A stretch of 64,000 nt of DNA from a virus, in the IMG/VR virus record IMGVR_UViG_3300042864_001285, one strand, 5' to 3'. The position numbers and the translations under genes were made by a program. Under the pieces are notes generated by a model. That model was not told the origin of the DNA, did not search any database, and saw only the letters and a program-made list of their open reading frames with translations. Below, piece by piece: positions 43,093 to 54,000 of this stretch; within the stretch, counting starts at the first letter, position 1, and every line of letters starts with the position of its first letter.

Positions 43093-45161
43093 TGGCAACA
43101 GCTAATTCAGGCCTACAGATTACGAATCTTGATTTTGGTGGTATTAAAGCTAGTTTAAAGGCTTTTCTATCTCAACAAGACACACTCAAAGACTATAATT
43201 TTGATGGTTCAGCACTCTCTGTTCTTGTCGATTTATTGGCATATAATACACAGTACAATGCATACTATTTAAACATGGTAGCAAACGAAATGTTCTTAGA
43301 CTCAGCTATTCAGCGTGGTTCTGTCGTTTCACATGCTAAACTATTAAATTACATTCCACAATCAGCAGTTGCACCAAAGGCTTTAGTTCATATCACAGTA
43401 AACGGTGTAACAACACCTACACTTACTTTACCAAAGTTCGCATCTTTCATTTCCGAAGCCATCGATGATGTAAATTATACATTCCTTACAACAGACTCAA
43501 CAACAGTAAACGTAACTTCAAATACTGCAACATTTACCGACATTATTATTTCACAGGGTATTGCATCATCATACAGTTTTACATACAATAGCACAACAAA
43601 TCCAAAACAATTATTTGAAATTCCAGACTCCGCTGTTGATACATCTACATTAATCGTTTCTGTGCAAGAATCTTCTTCAAATGCTGCGTCAGTAACATAT
43701 AATCTTTCAACAAACTACATCAATTTAACACCATCAAGCACTGTATATTTCTTAGAAGAAGGTATGAATGGAAAATATAACCTTTATTTTGGTGACGGGC
43801 TATTAGGACAATCTCTCGTAAACGGAAACATCGTTAATCTCACATACATTACAACATCTGGCACCTCAGCCTTTGGTGCAAACTCTTTCACATCTATGTC
43901 TAGTGTTGGTGGATTTTCCAATACTGTAGTAACATCTATTTCATCGGCAACACAAGGCTCAGACAAAGAAACAATCGAATCAATTAAATATACTGCACCT
44001 AAAGCATATGCGGCACAAGGGCGTGCTGTGACAAAAGAAGATTACATCTATCTAATTCAAAACAATTCTACCAATTTACCAATTGATTCCGTATCTGTTT
44101 GGGGTGGTGAAGAAAATGATCCTCCAGTTTATGGTCAAATTTTCTGTGCAGTTAAACCAGCCGGCGGTTTTACATTGACACCAACACAAAAAGAAAGACT
44201 TATTTCTGAAGTTATCAGACCAATTTCAGTCCTTACTGTGACACCAACAATTGTTGATCCTGATTATACTTACGTTAACATAAACACAAAAGTTTTATAT
44301 GATCCAAAGAAAACTACTTTGACTGGTGGACAAATTAAGGGTCAGGTTCTCACACAAATAAACCAATTTTCATCAGATACACTCAACACATTCAATTCGG
44401 TTTTTAAACTTCCTGAATTAATTTCTTATATTCAAAGTGCTGACACCTCTATTATAACAAATGAATGTTCTATAAGATTACAGAAAAAATTCTATCCAAA
44501 ATTAAATTCTAGATCAACATACATTTTTGATTTTGGTGTTCCCTTACAGAGAAATTATTATAACGCTGGTTTAAATAGTTCTCCAGATTTTTCTGAATCT
44601 GATCCAACAGCCGTTTCCGGGGTAAGAAATGGAATTTATTTTGAAGAGGTTCCCACAACAACTGGTGGTATTGCAACCATCAATGTTTTAAATCAGGGTT
44701 TCGGATACACAAAAATACCAACTGTTACTATAACAGGTGACGGAGAAGGCGCCACAGCATTTGCAGTCTTAGCATCTGGTCGAGTGAACAGTATTGTCGT
44801 TACAAATCCCGGCTTCAATTACACGGAGGCGTTCGTAACAATAACACCACAGGACGGAGACACTTCAGGTGGGTTGGCATATGCATCACCAATTTTGGAG
44901 GGTGTCGAAGGTACACTAAGAACATATTATTATTTAAATAATATCAAAACTATTTCCAATGCTAATGCAGGAACAATTAATTATTCCACAGGTAAAGTTA
45001 CACTTATAGATTTTTCACCACTAACGGTCAATAATGATTTAGGTCGTTTTACAATTTCTGTGGTACCAGATTCAACCATTGTTTCATCTACATATAATAG
45101 AATTATCGCTACAGATAGTTTTGATCCAGAAGCAATCACAGTAAATGTTAGTATACAATAA
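43092..45161 (+). CDS. gp6: baseplate wedge protein gp6 (baseplate J family)
   Basis: It overlaps the upstream gene by TAATG and is 689 aa. The N-terminus has the baseplate J-like pattern. Confidence 0.55.
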   Translation: MATANSGLQITNLDFGGIKASLKAFLSQQDTLKDYNFDGSALSVLVDLLAYNTQYNAYYLNMVANEMFLDSAIQRGSVVSHAKLLNYIPQSAVAPKALVHITVNGVTTPTLTLPKFASFISEAIDDVNYTFLTTDSTTVNVTSNTATFTDIIISQGIASSYSFTYNSTTNPKQLFEIPDSAVDTSTLIVSVQESSSNAASVTYNLSTNYINLTPSSTVYFLEEGMNGKYNLYFGDGLLGQSLVNGNIVNLTYITTSGTSAFGANSFTSMSSVGGFSNTVVTSISSATQGSDKETIESIKYTAPKAYAAQGRAVTKEDYIYLIQNNSTNLPIDSVSVWGGEENDPPVYGQIFCAVKPAGGFTLTPTQKERLISEVIRPISVLTVTPTIVDPDYTYVNINTKVLYDPKKTTLTGGQIKGQVLTQINQFSSDTLNTFNSVFKLPELISYIQSADTSIITNECSIRLQKKFYPKLNSRSTYIFDFGVPLQRNYYNAGLNSSPDFSESDPTAVSGVRNGIYFEEVPTTTGGIATINVLNQGFGYTKIPTVTITGDGEGATAFAVLASGRVNSIVVTNPGFNYTEAFVTITPQDGDTSGGLAYASPILEGVEGTLRTYYYLNNIKTISNANAGTINYSTGKVTLIDFSPLTVNNDLGRFTISVVPDSTIVSSTYNRIIATDSFDPEAITVNVSIQ

Positions 45162-48118
45162 TGACTACTGATTTCGCCAAAAAAACCTCGTTAAAGGTTC
45201 CTTATCAGCTACCTGAGTTTATCAGGTCGGACGATAACTATCAAACATTTGTTGCATTTATCCAGGCATATTATGAATGGATGGAACAACAAAACATAGG
45301 TTTAGGTAAAGAAGGTGTCATCTATGGCACACAGAATCTTTTAAACTATCAAGATTTAAATTTTGTAGAACCTGGTGAAACATTTAATAAGTTTATTGAT
45401 TACTATATCAATCAATTTTTACCAAATTTTCCCGTAGATTGTCTTGCGGACAAAAGCAAACTGATTAGAGCGGCTAAAGAACTATACTCACGTAAAGGTA
45501 CACCAGCATCTTATCAATTTTTGTTCCGTGCTTTATACAATTCCGATGCCGATATTTTCCTCACACGTGATGTTATTTTCAAGGCATCTGATGGTAAATG
45601 GTACGTATCAAAAAGTCTGAGGCTTGCCACAAACGATGAACAATGGCTTTCAATTGAAAACTATAGATTATTTGGTGTAACTTCAAAATCCATTGCTACT
45701 ATTGAGAGGGGTGTTTCTGTTGGAAATAGAACAGAAATTTACATTTCAAACATTGAAAGACTTTTTCAATCAGGTGAAGATGTTGTTGTAGTTGATAACA
45801 ACAATCAAATTTTATATTTTAAAGATTCTAAAGTTGTTCCTGAAAACACAGTTGGTGCAACAAAACTACAGGCAAAAATCCTAGGTTCTATTTCTGCCAT
45901 CAACATTGATTCTAAAAAACGTGGACAACTTTATAAGGGCAGATCCGATACATATTCTGGAGACCCAGTAGTTTTTTATGGTGGTCTAAACACACCAACA
46001 GGTATTGGTGCATCAGCATTTGTTTATGAAACAACATCAGGTTCTCTCCGTGATATTACTCTTGTTGATGGTTCATATGGGTATAGACAAGATCCAAACA
46101 CATTCATTAGAATATCTGGCGGTGGAGGTTCAGGTGCTATTGCAAACGTTTCTTCTGTTGATCCTGCCGGTGAAATAAATGTCGCATTTATTCCACAAAA
46201 CTTCATGAGCAACTCACTATTTGCTGCAACAAGAATTGATGCAAGTTCTTATCCATTTTTCCCAGCAAACGTGGCAGCAAACTCAGTGTGTTCTCTCGCA
46301 AATGCATTTACATTTACCGGATTCTCAACATATCCAATTGCTACCGTTTTATTAAACAATGGTGGTGGAGGATACACCTCGCTACCATCAGTCAGAGCAT
46401 TTTCATTATTCGATACAACTGATCCGCAGACAACAGAGAACTTGAAAATAAAAGGTTATCTTGCAAGTCTTGGTATTCTAGGACCAATTCAAATTGTTAC
46501 ACCTGGAACAGGTTATGCAAACGGTGATATCATCACCTTCACCAACTCTGCTGGTGGTGTAGGTGCAAATGCGAACGTCACTGTTAATGCAACAGGTTCA
46601 ATTATTAAAACTGAATATAATTTCTCAAACACAACAACAAATGTAACGACATATCCAAAAGGAGGTTTGGGATATATACAGACAAACCTACCGACATTGA
46701 ATGTTGTATCATCTGGTGGTTCTGGTGCAGTTATTAGAGTGAACACTGTTCTTGGTGATGGTGCTCAATTAACTCCAGTGTCTGATGAACGTGGTATCGG
46801 TGCGATTACATCGTTTGTTATTGAAAATTTTGGTGAAGATTACATTGAAGCACCTAGAGTTTCACTCAAAGTTCGTGACTTGGTTGTTACGAACGTTTCA
46901 CCCACAAATATCATTAAGAACGGTGATTTAATTTATCAAGGTGCAAACGTAAATACTGCCGTATTTAAAGCATATGTTGATTCAATTACATTGTTAGAAT
47001 CTGATGCCATTCAGGCAAATTCAAAATATGTTCTAAGAGTTTATAACTACAGTTCAAATACCAAAACAAACCTCCAGTTAAAGTCTACAGACCGTGCTTT
47101 GGGTGCAAATCTTTTCCTTGATTTAGCGAATACCTACACAACACAAAACGTATCCTCTGGTGAATTCATCTATCAAAATGGTATCAGAACATATGGTAAC
47201 GGTGCGGCTGTGGCAACAGCAAAGTTCTTAAACGGTTTGATTATTGGTACAGGTCAATATCTGAATGATGATGGTTTCCCAAGTTCAAATCAAATTTTGG
47301 AGAATGAAGACTATAATAATTTCACCTATAATTTGGTTGTACAGAAGTCATTTGATGCGTACAAAGAAGTTCTTTATAAATTATTGCATCCATCAGGCAC
47401 AAAAGTTATTCCAATCAATGCGCTTAAGTCTCAAGAAACAATTGATATTCATAAAGAATCATTCCAATCTAATACACATACATTAGGTTTTTATACTGGT
47501 GATCCAGGTTCAAATGCAGCTATGTATTCTACTTTCGAGAATACAAGTAACAACATTATTAAATTTGATGCGTTGGTTGGTGCAAACATTGCAAACATCG
47601 CTTTACCAGGCTCATTAGTTTCTTTGATATATGGATACGGACCAAATGTATTCTCGGAAATTATTTCTGTGAATCATGTAAGTAACACCGCTGTGATTCG
47701 TGACAATGTATACTTATCTTTTGCAAACGTTGCAACAGCAAACGTTCTCACCTCCAACAATAGAATAAATATACGGTCAGTGACGAATCAGTATGATGTT
47801 ATCAACAACGGTGAGTACAGTAACACGGCAAACAAGATGCGTGATATTGTGTTTATTGGAGATAGAATTAGAGTTGTAAATGGTGCAAGTACATTCCACG
47901 GTACAGTAACGTATGTTGAATATTCAAACAACGTTATTTTTGCCAACACAACAATACCATTCTCATCCAATTCTGCAAACATTTCAATTGGTAGAACATT
48001 AGTAACATCGAATGTAGAATTCTATAACTCTCTTGGTACAATCTATTATCCAGAACTGTTAACACAGGATAATAGAGAGATTACGACACAAGACGGAAGA
48101 ACAATAATTTTAGGATAA
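45161..48118 (+). CDS. large baseplate wedge protein (gp7-like by position)
   Basis: It is 985 aa and follows gp6. Confidence 0.35.
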   Translation: MTTDFAKKTSLKVPYQLPEFIRSDDNYQTFVAFIQAYYEWMEQQNIGLGKEGVIYGTQNLLNYQDLNFVEPGETFNKFIDYYINQFLPNFPVDCLADKSKLIRAAKELYSRKGTPASYQFLFRALYNSDADIFLTRDVIFKASDGKWYVSKSLRLATNDEQWLSIENYRLFGVTSKSIATIERGVSVGNRTEIYISNIERLFQSGEDVVVVDNNNQILYFKDSKVVPENTVGATKLQAKILGSISAINIDSKKRGQLYKGRSDTYSGDPVVFYGGLNTPTGIGASAFVYETTSGSLRDITLVDGSYGYRQDPNTFIRISGGGGSGAIANVSSVDPAGEINVAFIPQNFMSNSLFAATRIDASSYPFFPANVAANSVCSLANAFTFTGFSTYPIATVLLNNGGGGYTSLPSVRAFSLFDTTDPQTTENLKIKGYLASLGILGPIQIVTPGTGYANGDIITFTNSAGGVGANANVTVNATGSIIKTEYNFSNTTTNVTTYPKGGLGYIQTNLPTLNVVSSGGSGAVIRVNTVLGDGAQLTPVSDERGIGAITSFVIENFGEDYIEAPRVSLKVRDLVVTNVSPTNIIKNGDLIYQGANVNTAVFKAYVDSITLLESDAIQANSKYVLRVYNYSSNTKTNLQLKSTDRALGANLFLDLANTYTTQNVSSGEFIYQNGIRTYGNGAAVATAKFLNGLIIGTGQYLNDDGFPSSNQILENEDYNNFTYNLVVQKSFDAYKEVLYKLLHPSGTKVIPINALKSQETIDIHKESFQSNTHTLGFYTGDPGSNAAMYSTFENTSNNIIKFDALVGANIANIALPGSLVSLIYGYGPNVFSEIISVNHVSNTAVIRDNVYLSFANVATANVLTSNNRINIRSVTNQYDVINNGEYSNTANKMRDIVFIGDRIRVVNGASTFHGTVTYVEYSNNVIFANTTIPFSSNSANISIGRTLVTSNVEFYNSLGTIYYPELLTQDNREITTQDGRTIILG

Positions 48119-48121
48119 AAA

Positions 48122-49690
48122 ATGGCAACAGTAAAAATCACGGACTTACCAGCAATTACTACAGTCAATTCCAACACGGCAAATACCGTGCTGGTTGGTG
48201 TTGACATTCCAACCAATATTACTGGTAAGATTACACTCACAACACTGGCTGCCGGTCTTTATTCAAATAATAACCTTGTTGTTGGTAACAATCACACAGT
48301 TTTACCAAATGTTATAGCACAGTTCACAGGAAATTCCAGTGTGTACACGCAAGTTAACCATGAGAACTTGAATCCAAATGGTTCGGGAGACTTTGTTATT
48401 ACTGCTGACGATGGTAATGACACAGACCATTTCTTGGACATGGGTTTGAATGGTTCGGCATATTCGGACCCAACATTCTCAGCAACAAAAGAACATGATG
48501 GTTATCTGTATATTTCATCTTCAGGAGCTAACAAAGGTAACTTAGCGATTGGTACAACAAACGCAACAGGTAAAGTTAACTTTGTTGTTGGCGGTCTACA
48601 AACACAAAACATTGTTGGCTACATCGACTCGACTGGTATCTGGTCAAACTCAATCAACTCAGTTGTGACTGCAAATGCCACATCAGCTAACTCAGTAATC
48701 AATACAAGAGTGTCGGCAAACGTTGCTACTCTCCGTGGTGAAATTACCTCCAACGTTTCAACACTCAATGGCTCTATTACTTCCAATAACACAACACAAA
48801 CTACTTTTGCACAAGCCGCTTTCAACAAAGCAAACTCGGCAATCGCAAATACTAATGGTGTACTCACTGCTGGTGATTTTTATATATCAGGTGATGGCTT
48901 TGTCAATGGAACATTTGTATTAGCGAACTCAACATTCGGTGCAACAGAAGCGGCACTCACCATCAAAGCAACAGCAACTGTGCAACCGCTTTCTCAATCG
49001 GGAACAATGATACATGTTACTGGTAGAGCAAATATACCTGCTCGTATCATATATGATTCATTCAGTACAGATGGTTCGGCTTATAGCTTAGTTGCTGGTC
49101 GTTCTGCACGTGGTACAGTAGCATCACCAACAGCAACACAGAACAATGATGTGTTGATGCGAATGGCTGGTAACGGTTGGGGCACAACAGGTTTTGCACC
49201 ACTTGGTGTTGGTCGTATTGATGTCGTTGCAACAGAAAATTACACAGACACTGCACGTGGTTCGAAAATTGTTTTCTATAATATTCCGAATGGTTCGAAC
49301 ACTGTACAAGAAATTGCATCTTTCAATGGCGATGCTGTACACTTTGACGGTTATGTTTACCCAGAAAAAGGTTTCATTTATGCACCCCGTCTTTTTGCAG
49401 CCGCACAAACTGCAATTACAATTGACTTTGCAAACAATGCTGTTCTCCGTGCCAACGTTGCAGCCGATTATGCGGTGTCTTTCTCAAACTTTGTTCCAGG
49501 TAAACAAGTGGAACTTTGGATGACAAATACTTCGGGGTCAAACAGAACTTTCACACACGGTTGTTCAGCACTCAACTCAACAACAAACTCAACTACGTTC
49601 GTACACCCATCAACATCAACAATCGTTGCAAAGTATATGTGTTTCGGAACAGATACTGCGAACGTTCTTGTTCAGGTTGTAGGCGCTTAA
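48122..49690 (+). CDS. baseplate/fibre structural protein (522 aa)
   Basis: The fibre-like N-terminus MATVKITDLPAITTV is followed by N/T/S-rich beta-repeat composition. Confidence 0.4.
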   Translation: MATVKITDLPAITTVNSNTANTVLVGVDIPTNITGKITLTTLAAGLYSNNNLVVGNNHTVLPNVIAQFTGNSSVYTQVNHENLNPNGSGDFVITADDGNDTDHFLDMGLNGSAYSDPTFSATKEHDGYLYISSSGANKGNLAIGTTNATGKVNFVVGGLQTQNIVGYIDSTGIWSNSINSVVTANATSANSVINTRVSANVATLRGEITSNVSTLNGSITSNNTTQTTFAQAAFNKANSAIANTNGVLTAGDFYISGDGFVNGTFVLANSTFGATEAALTIKATATVQPLSQSGTMIHVTGRANIPARIIYDSFSTDGSAYSLVAGRSARGTVASPTATQNNDVLMRMAGNGWGTTGFAPLGVGRIDVVATENYTDTARGSKIVFYNIPNGSNTVQEIASFNGDAVHFDGYVYPEKGFIYAPRLFAAAQTAITIDFANNAVLRANVAADYAVSFSNFVPGKQVELWMTNTSGSNRTFTHGCSALNSTTNSTTFVHPSTSTIVAKYMCFGTDTANVLVQVVGA

Positions 49691-49702
49691 TAGGATTATA
49701 TA

Positions 49703-51079
49703 ATGTCAGCAAATAATGGAATTGTAACATATCAAAACGGCACATATCAAACTACTGCCGTTTATTATTCACCTATTGCATCTGTTGCAATAACCGGCCA
49801 AGCACTCGGCACTTTTTATTGTTTCCTATCCCGTGTGAAATCTTGGCCAACAGAATCTTTACCGCCTGCGCCTACACAGGATCAAAAGTATTTAAAAGAA
49901 ACATTTAAAAATATGTTTGTTGCGAAAAAAATAACATCTAATGATATGTCTCCTGTCGTTGAAAGAATCGACTGGACTTCAGGAGAAGTTTATGATTATT
50001 ATAGAGATGATGTTGATATGTTTGCACTCGACACGAACGGAACTATTTTAAAACGTTTCTATGTTAGAAATCGTTTCGACCAAGTTTTTAAATGCCTTTG
50101 GAATAATAATGGTGGAGTTACAACAACAGAACCATACTTCGAGCCAGGAACTTTTAATGCAAACCAGATTTTCCAAGGTGCCGATGATTATAAATGGAAA
50201 TACATGTACACCATTACTTCTGGTAGTAAACTAAAGTTTATGGATGATGCATGGATGCCAGTTCCAATAACCTCTCGCATACCAAATCCATTTTCCACGT
50301 TTGCTGGTTCCGGTAGTATCGATGTAATTAATGTAACAAATGGTGGAACAGGATATGATCCTTCGAATGCTACTATTACTGTCACTGTTACTGGTGATGG
50401 GCTTTATGCAACAGCAAATGCTACAGTAGTTTCAAATTCTATAACAGATATTGTTGTAGCAAATACTGGATCAAATTATTCATATGCAAACGTAACGATA
50501 TCATCGTCTTTAGGTTCAGGTGCCATAGCTATTGCGCCAGCATCACCCATTGGTGGACATGCATATAATCCTATATCTGAACTAGGTACTAGACATATTA
50601 TGATGACTGCAAGATTTACCAAGGAAGAAGGTGGTAAATTACCCACCGATATTGACTTCAGACAACTTGGGCTTCTTGTAAACCCATATGCTTACTTCGG
50701 AACTACAACCGGTATAGCAAATGCGGAGATTTACAAAACGACCACCGATTTTGTTATGTCACAAGGTTTTGGTTTATATACGCCAGATGAAACAGTGTAT
50801 CAATCTCCGAATGGTTTATTGGCTTCAGCAACATTTACTGCAACAGTTTTAAGTTTTGATTCTGCACCCAATACTTTAAGGCTAATAAATACACAGGGAG
50901 TTGCCAATAATAGTGCGTTAATTTATGGCGCATCAACGGGAACAGCAAGAGTTGTTGTTCAACAACAAACACCAGATTTTATACCGTTTTCAGGTTATTT
51001 AACTTACTTAGAAAATAGAGAACCAGTACAAAGAAACACAGATGGTTCGGAAATATTTAAATTGGTTTTAGGATACTAA
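49703..51079 (+). CDS. structural protein (458 aa)
   Basis: It lies in the late operon and has a TVTVTGDG...VVANTGSNYSYANVTIS beta-repeat region. Confidence 0.4.
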   Translation: MSANNGIVTYQNGTYQTTAVYYSPIASVAITGQALGTFYCFLSRVKSWPTESLPPAPTQDQKYLKETFKNMFVAKKITSNDMSPVVERIDWTSGEVYDYYRDDVDMFALDTNGTILKRFYVRNRFDQVFKCLWNNNGGVTTTEPYFEPGTFNANQIFQGADDYKWKYMYTITSGSKLKFMDDAWMPVPITSRIPNPFSTFAGSGSIDVINVTNGGTGYDPSNATITVTVTGDGLYATANATVVSNSITDIVVANTGSNYSYANVTISSSLGSGAIAIAPASPIGGHAYNPISELGTRHIMMTARFTKEEGGKLPTDIDFRQLGLLVNPYAYFGTTTGIANAEIYKTTTDFVMSQGFGLYTPDETVYQSPNGLLASATFTATVLSFDSAPNTLRLINTQGVANNSALIYGASTGTARVVVQQQTPDFIPFSGYLTYLENREPVQRNTDGSEIFKLVLGY

Positions 51080-51088
51080 AGGACAAAA

Positions 51089-54000
51089 ATGCTTAACTTC
51101 AATGTCGATCCATACTACGACGATTTCGATCCAAACAACCATTACCATAGAGTTCTGTTCCGTCCAGGTCGTGCAGTGCAGGCTAGAGAATTAACACAAT
51201 CTCAAACCATACTCCAAGACCAGATTAGTAAGTTTGCTAATCACATTTTTAAACAGAATACTCCTGTTTCCGGTGGCCAGGTTACAATAAACACAAATGC
51301 CGTTTATTTGAGACTGAATACCACTTATAATGACAATGATATTACAGCATCAGATTTTTTAAATCAAATCATTACAGACGGTACTGGTACAATTTATGCT
51401 AAAGTTGTAGCTACAGAAGAAGCAACATCCACAGATTCTCCAACACTTATTGTTACATACCTATCAGGTAAACAATTCTCCGCTTCTGATATAATCTATT
51501 CATCAACCACATCAACAACGGCACAAATTGTTCCAACCGATTTTACGGGACTATCTTGTACGGCGTCCGTTTCTGAGGGTGTTTTCTACATCATAAATGG
51601 TTATTCTTTCTCTGATGTACAAAATGATGATGGAACATATTCACGTTACTCAATTGGTAACTTTGTTTCTCTACAACCACAAACTATCATTGTTCAAAAA
51701 TATGGAAATACACCAACGAAACGTATTGGTTTATCCATTTCCGAATTTGTTTCCGACTATGTGACAGATCCAGCTTTGTTGGATCCTGCTGTTGGTGCCA
51801 CAAACTATCAAGCACCTGGTGCAGACCGTTACACAATTACGTTAACATTGGACACCAAAAATCTTACTCTTGGTTCCGATTCTGGATTTATCGAACTCAC
51901 ACGCATTACGGAAGGCACAGTACAGCGCCTTGTTGATGGTACAGTTTATGGTGTTATCAACGATTACTTTGCAAAAAGAACATATGATACAAACGGAGAC
52001 TTTGTTGTTCAAGATTTTAAAGTTATTCCAAAAGCGAACACAACAGCAGGCAGTTCAAATACAACATATCAATTGCAAGTTGGTAAAGGTGTTGCATACA
52101 ACAAAGGTTATCGTGTAGAAAATACACTCGATACGACACTAGAAACGACACGTGCTAGAACCACCGCATCGATTAACAATAACTTCCTGTCTGTAGATTA
52201 TGGTAACTTTTTGTATGTGAACAACGCAAATGGTGTGTTTGATACCTCTGCGATTGTTGCTGTTGATTTTCACTGTATCAACGCAAACAGTTCACTTGTG
52301 ACAACAAACACAACAACTTATAATTCAACTAAAGTTGGTTCAGGATACCTACGTGGATTGTCACACTATTCTGCAACAGATGCCGCAAACACACAATCAT
52401 ATGTGTATAAAGCATATGTCTCCGATTTCCAAAGTTCTGTATTGACCGGCGCCGTATCTTCCGCAACACCTGCGGGTAACGTTGTTTTCACTGACACAAC
52501 CGGTAAGTTTAATGGAACAGTAGCAAATACCTACTTCAACGTAACACTTACAATTGATTCTGGACCAGGTGCTGGTTACTCTGGAAGAATTGTTAGCTAT
52601 AATGAAGCGACAAAAACTGCAACAGTTGAAAATCCTTTCACAGTTGCACCAACTTCAAGTTCAACCTTCTCATTGAGGTTTGATACTAAAAATTATAACA
52701 TGATGGTTGTTCCAACTTCCACAGGTTTCAATAGGTCTGCATCTGCTGGTATTGATCCTATTGTCGGTAAAGTGCCAAACAATGTAAGCAACGGAAATAC
52801 AACTCTCTTTAACGGTGTATCTCCGGAACTATTGTTCAATGTAGGTTATCCATATCTCTTTAACTTGTCTGACACATCTTACAGTTCTTGGAAAACAACA
52901 AGAGCAGTTTCGTTTGCATCTGGTGTGGCGCAGTTCAACTTAGGCACTGCCGATTTAACATTTAACGGCACATCATCCGCAATTCAATCTTCGTCTGAAG
53001 TACAGACTAACTGGATTGTTGTTGTTACTGATGGACAATCTAGTGGTTTTGGTACAGGTAACGTTATCAACTTCACAACAGGTTCGGGAACACGTAAGAT
53101 CGAACTAGATTCAACGAAAAAGATTGCTACACTCACAGCAGGATCATCCACATTTACTGCTACAATCATTGCAAAAGTTGCAGTCACAAACGCTGGAACA
53201 ACATCACTTGCATTGAAATCTAAAAATCTTTTCACAGCAAATACAACTGGCGTCAACTTAACTGGCACAAACGTTGGTGGCGTTCGTGTTGACTTAACCA
53301 ATGCACAGGTTTACATTCCATATGTAAACTTGGTTACTCCAGGTTCAAAACAATCATTGTATATCTCTGACGTTAAGCGAATCGTTAAAATTATTGATAC
53401 TGGAACACCAACTACTATTCCAACAAATGCAATGTTGACGAATTCTGCATATGATGTTACCAATAATTTCTTGTTTGATAATGGTCAAACAGATTCATAC
53501 TATGGTCATTCATCATTTAGATTGAAACCTGGTGGACCTCAACCTAAAGGTGCATTATTAGTATTGTTGGACTATTATCTACATTCTGGTGGTGATGGTT
53601 ATTTCTCAGTGAACTCATACCTTGGTGCTGGAGATGGTGGTGTATCAACCAGTCCAGAAAACTATGCTGAAATTAGTTCTTATACAAGTAAAGCCGGTAC
53701 AACATATACGTTGAGGGATGCAATTGACTTCAGACTTTCACAAGTGAATGCACAATCCACTTTTGCTTTCCGATATTCTGGTTCAATTGCAACAACTGGT
53801 GGTACACTTCTACCACAAGATTTGTCAAATTTCATAACCGATTACACATATTATCTTGGTAGAAAAGACCTGCTTGTTCTAACAAAAGATAATAATTTTA
53901 CAATTGTTAATGGTAAACCAGCAAACAATCCAACTTTCCCGACAACACCGGATGGAAGTTTGCTACTAGGAAAAATTACACTCGATCCTTATACCGCATA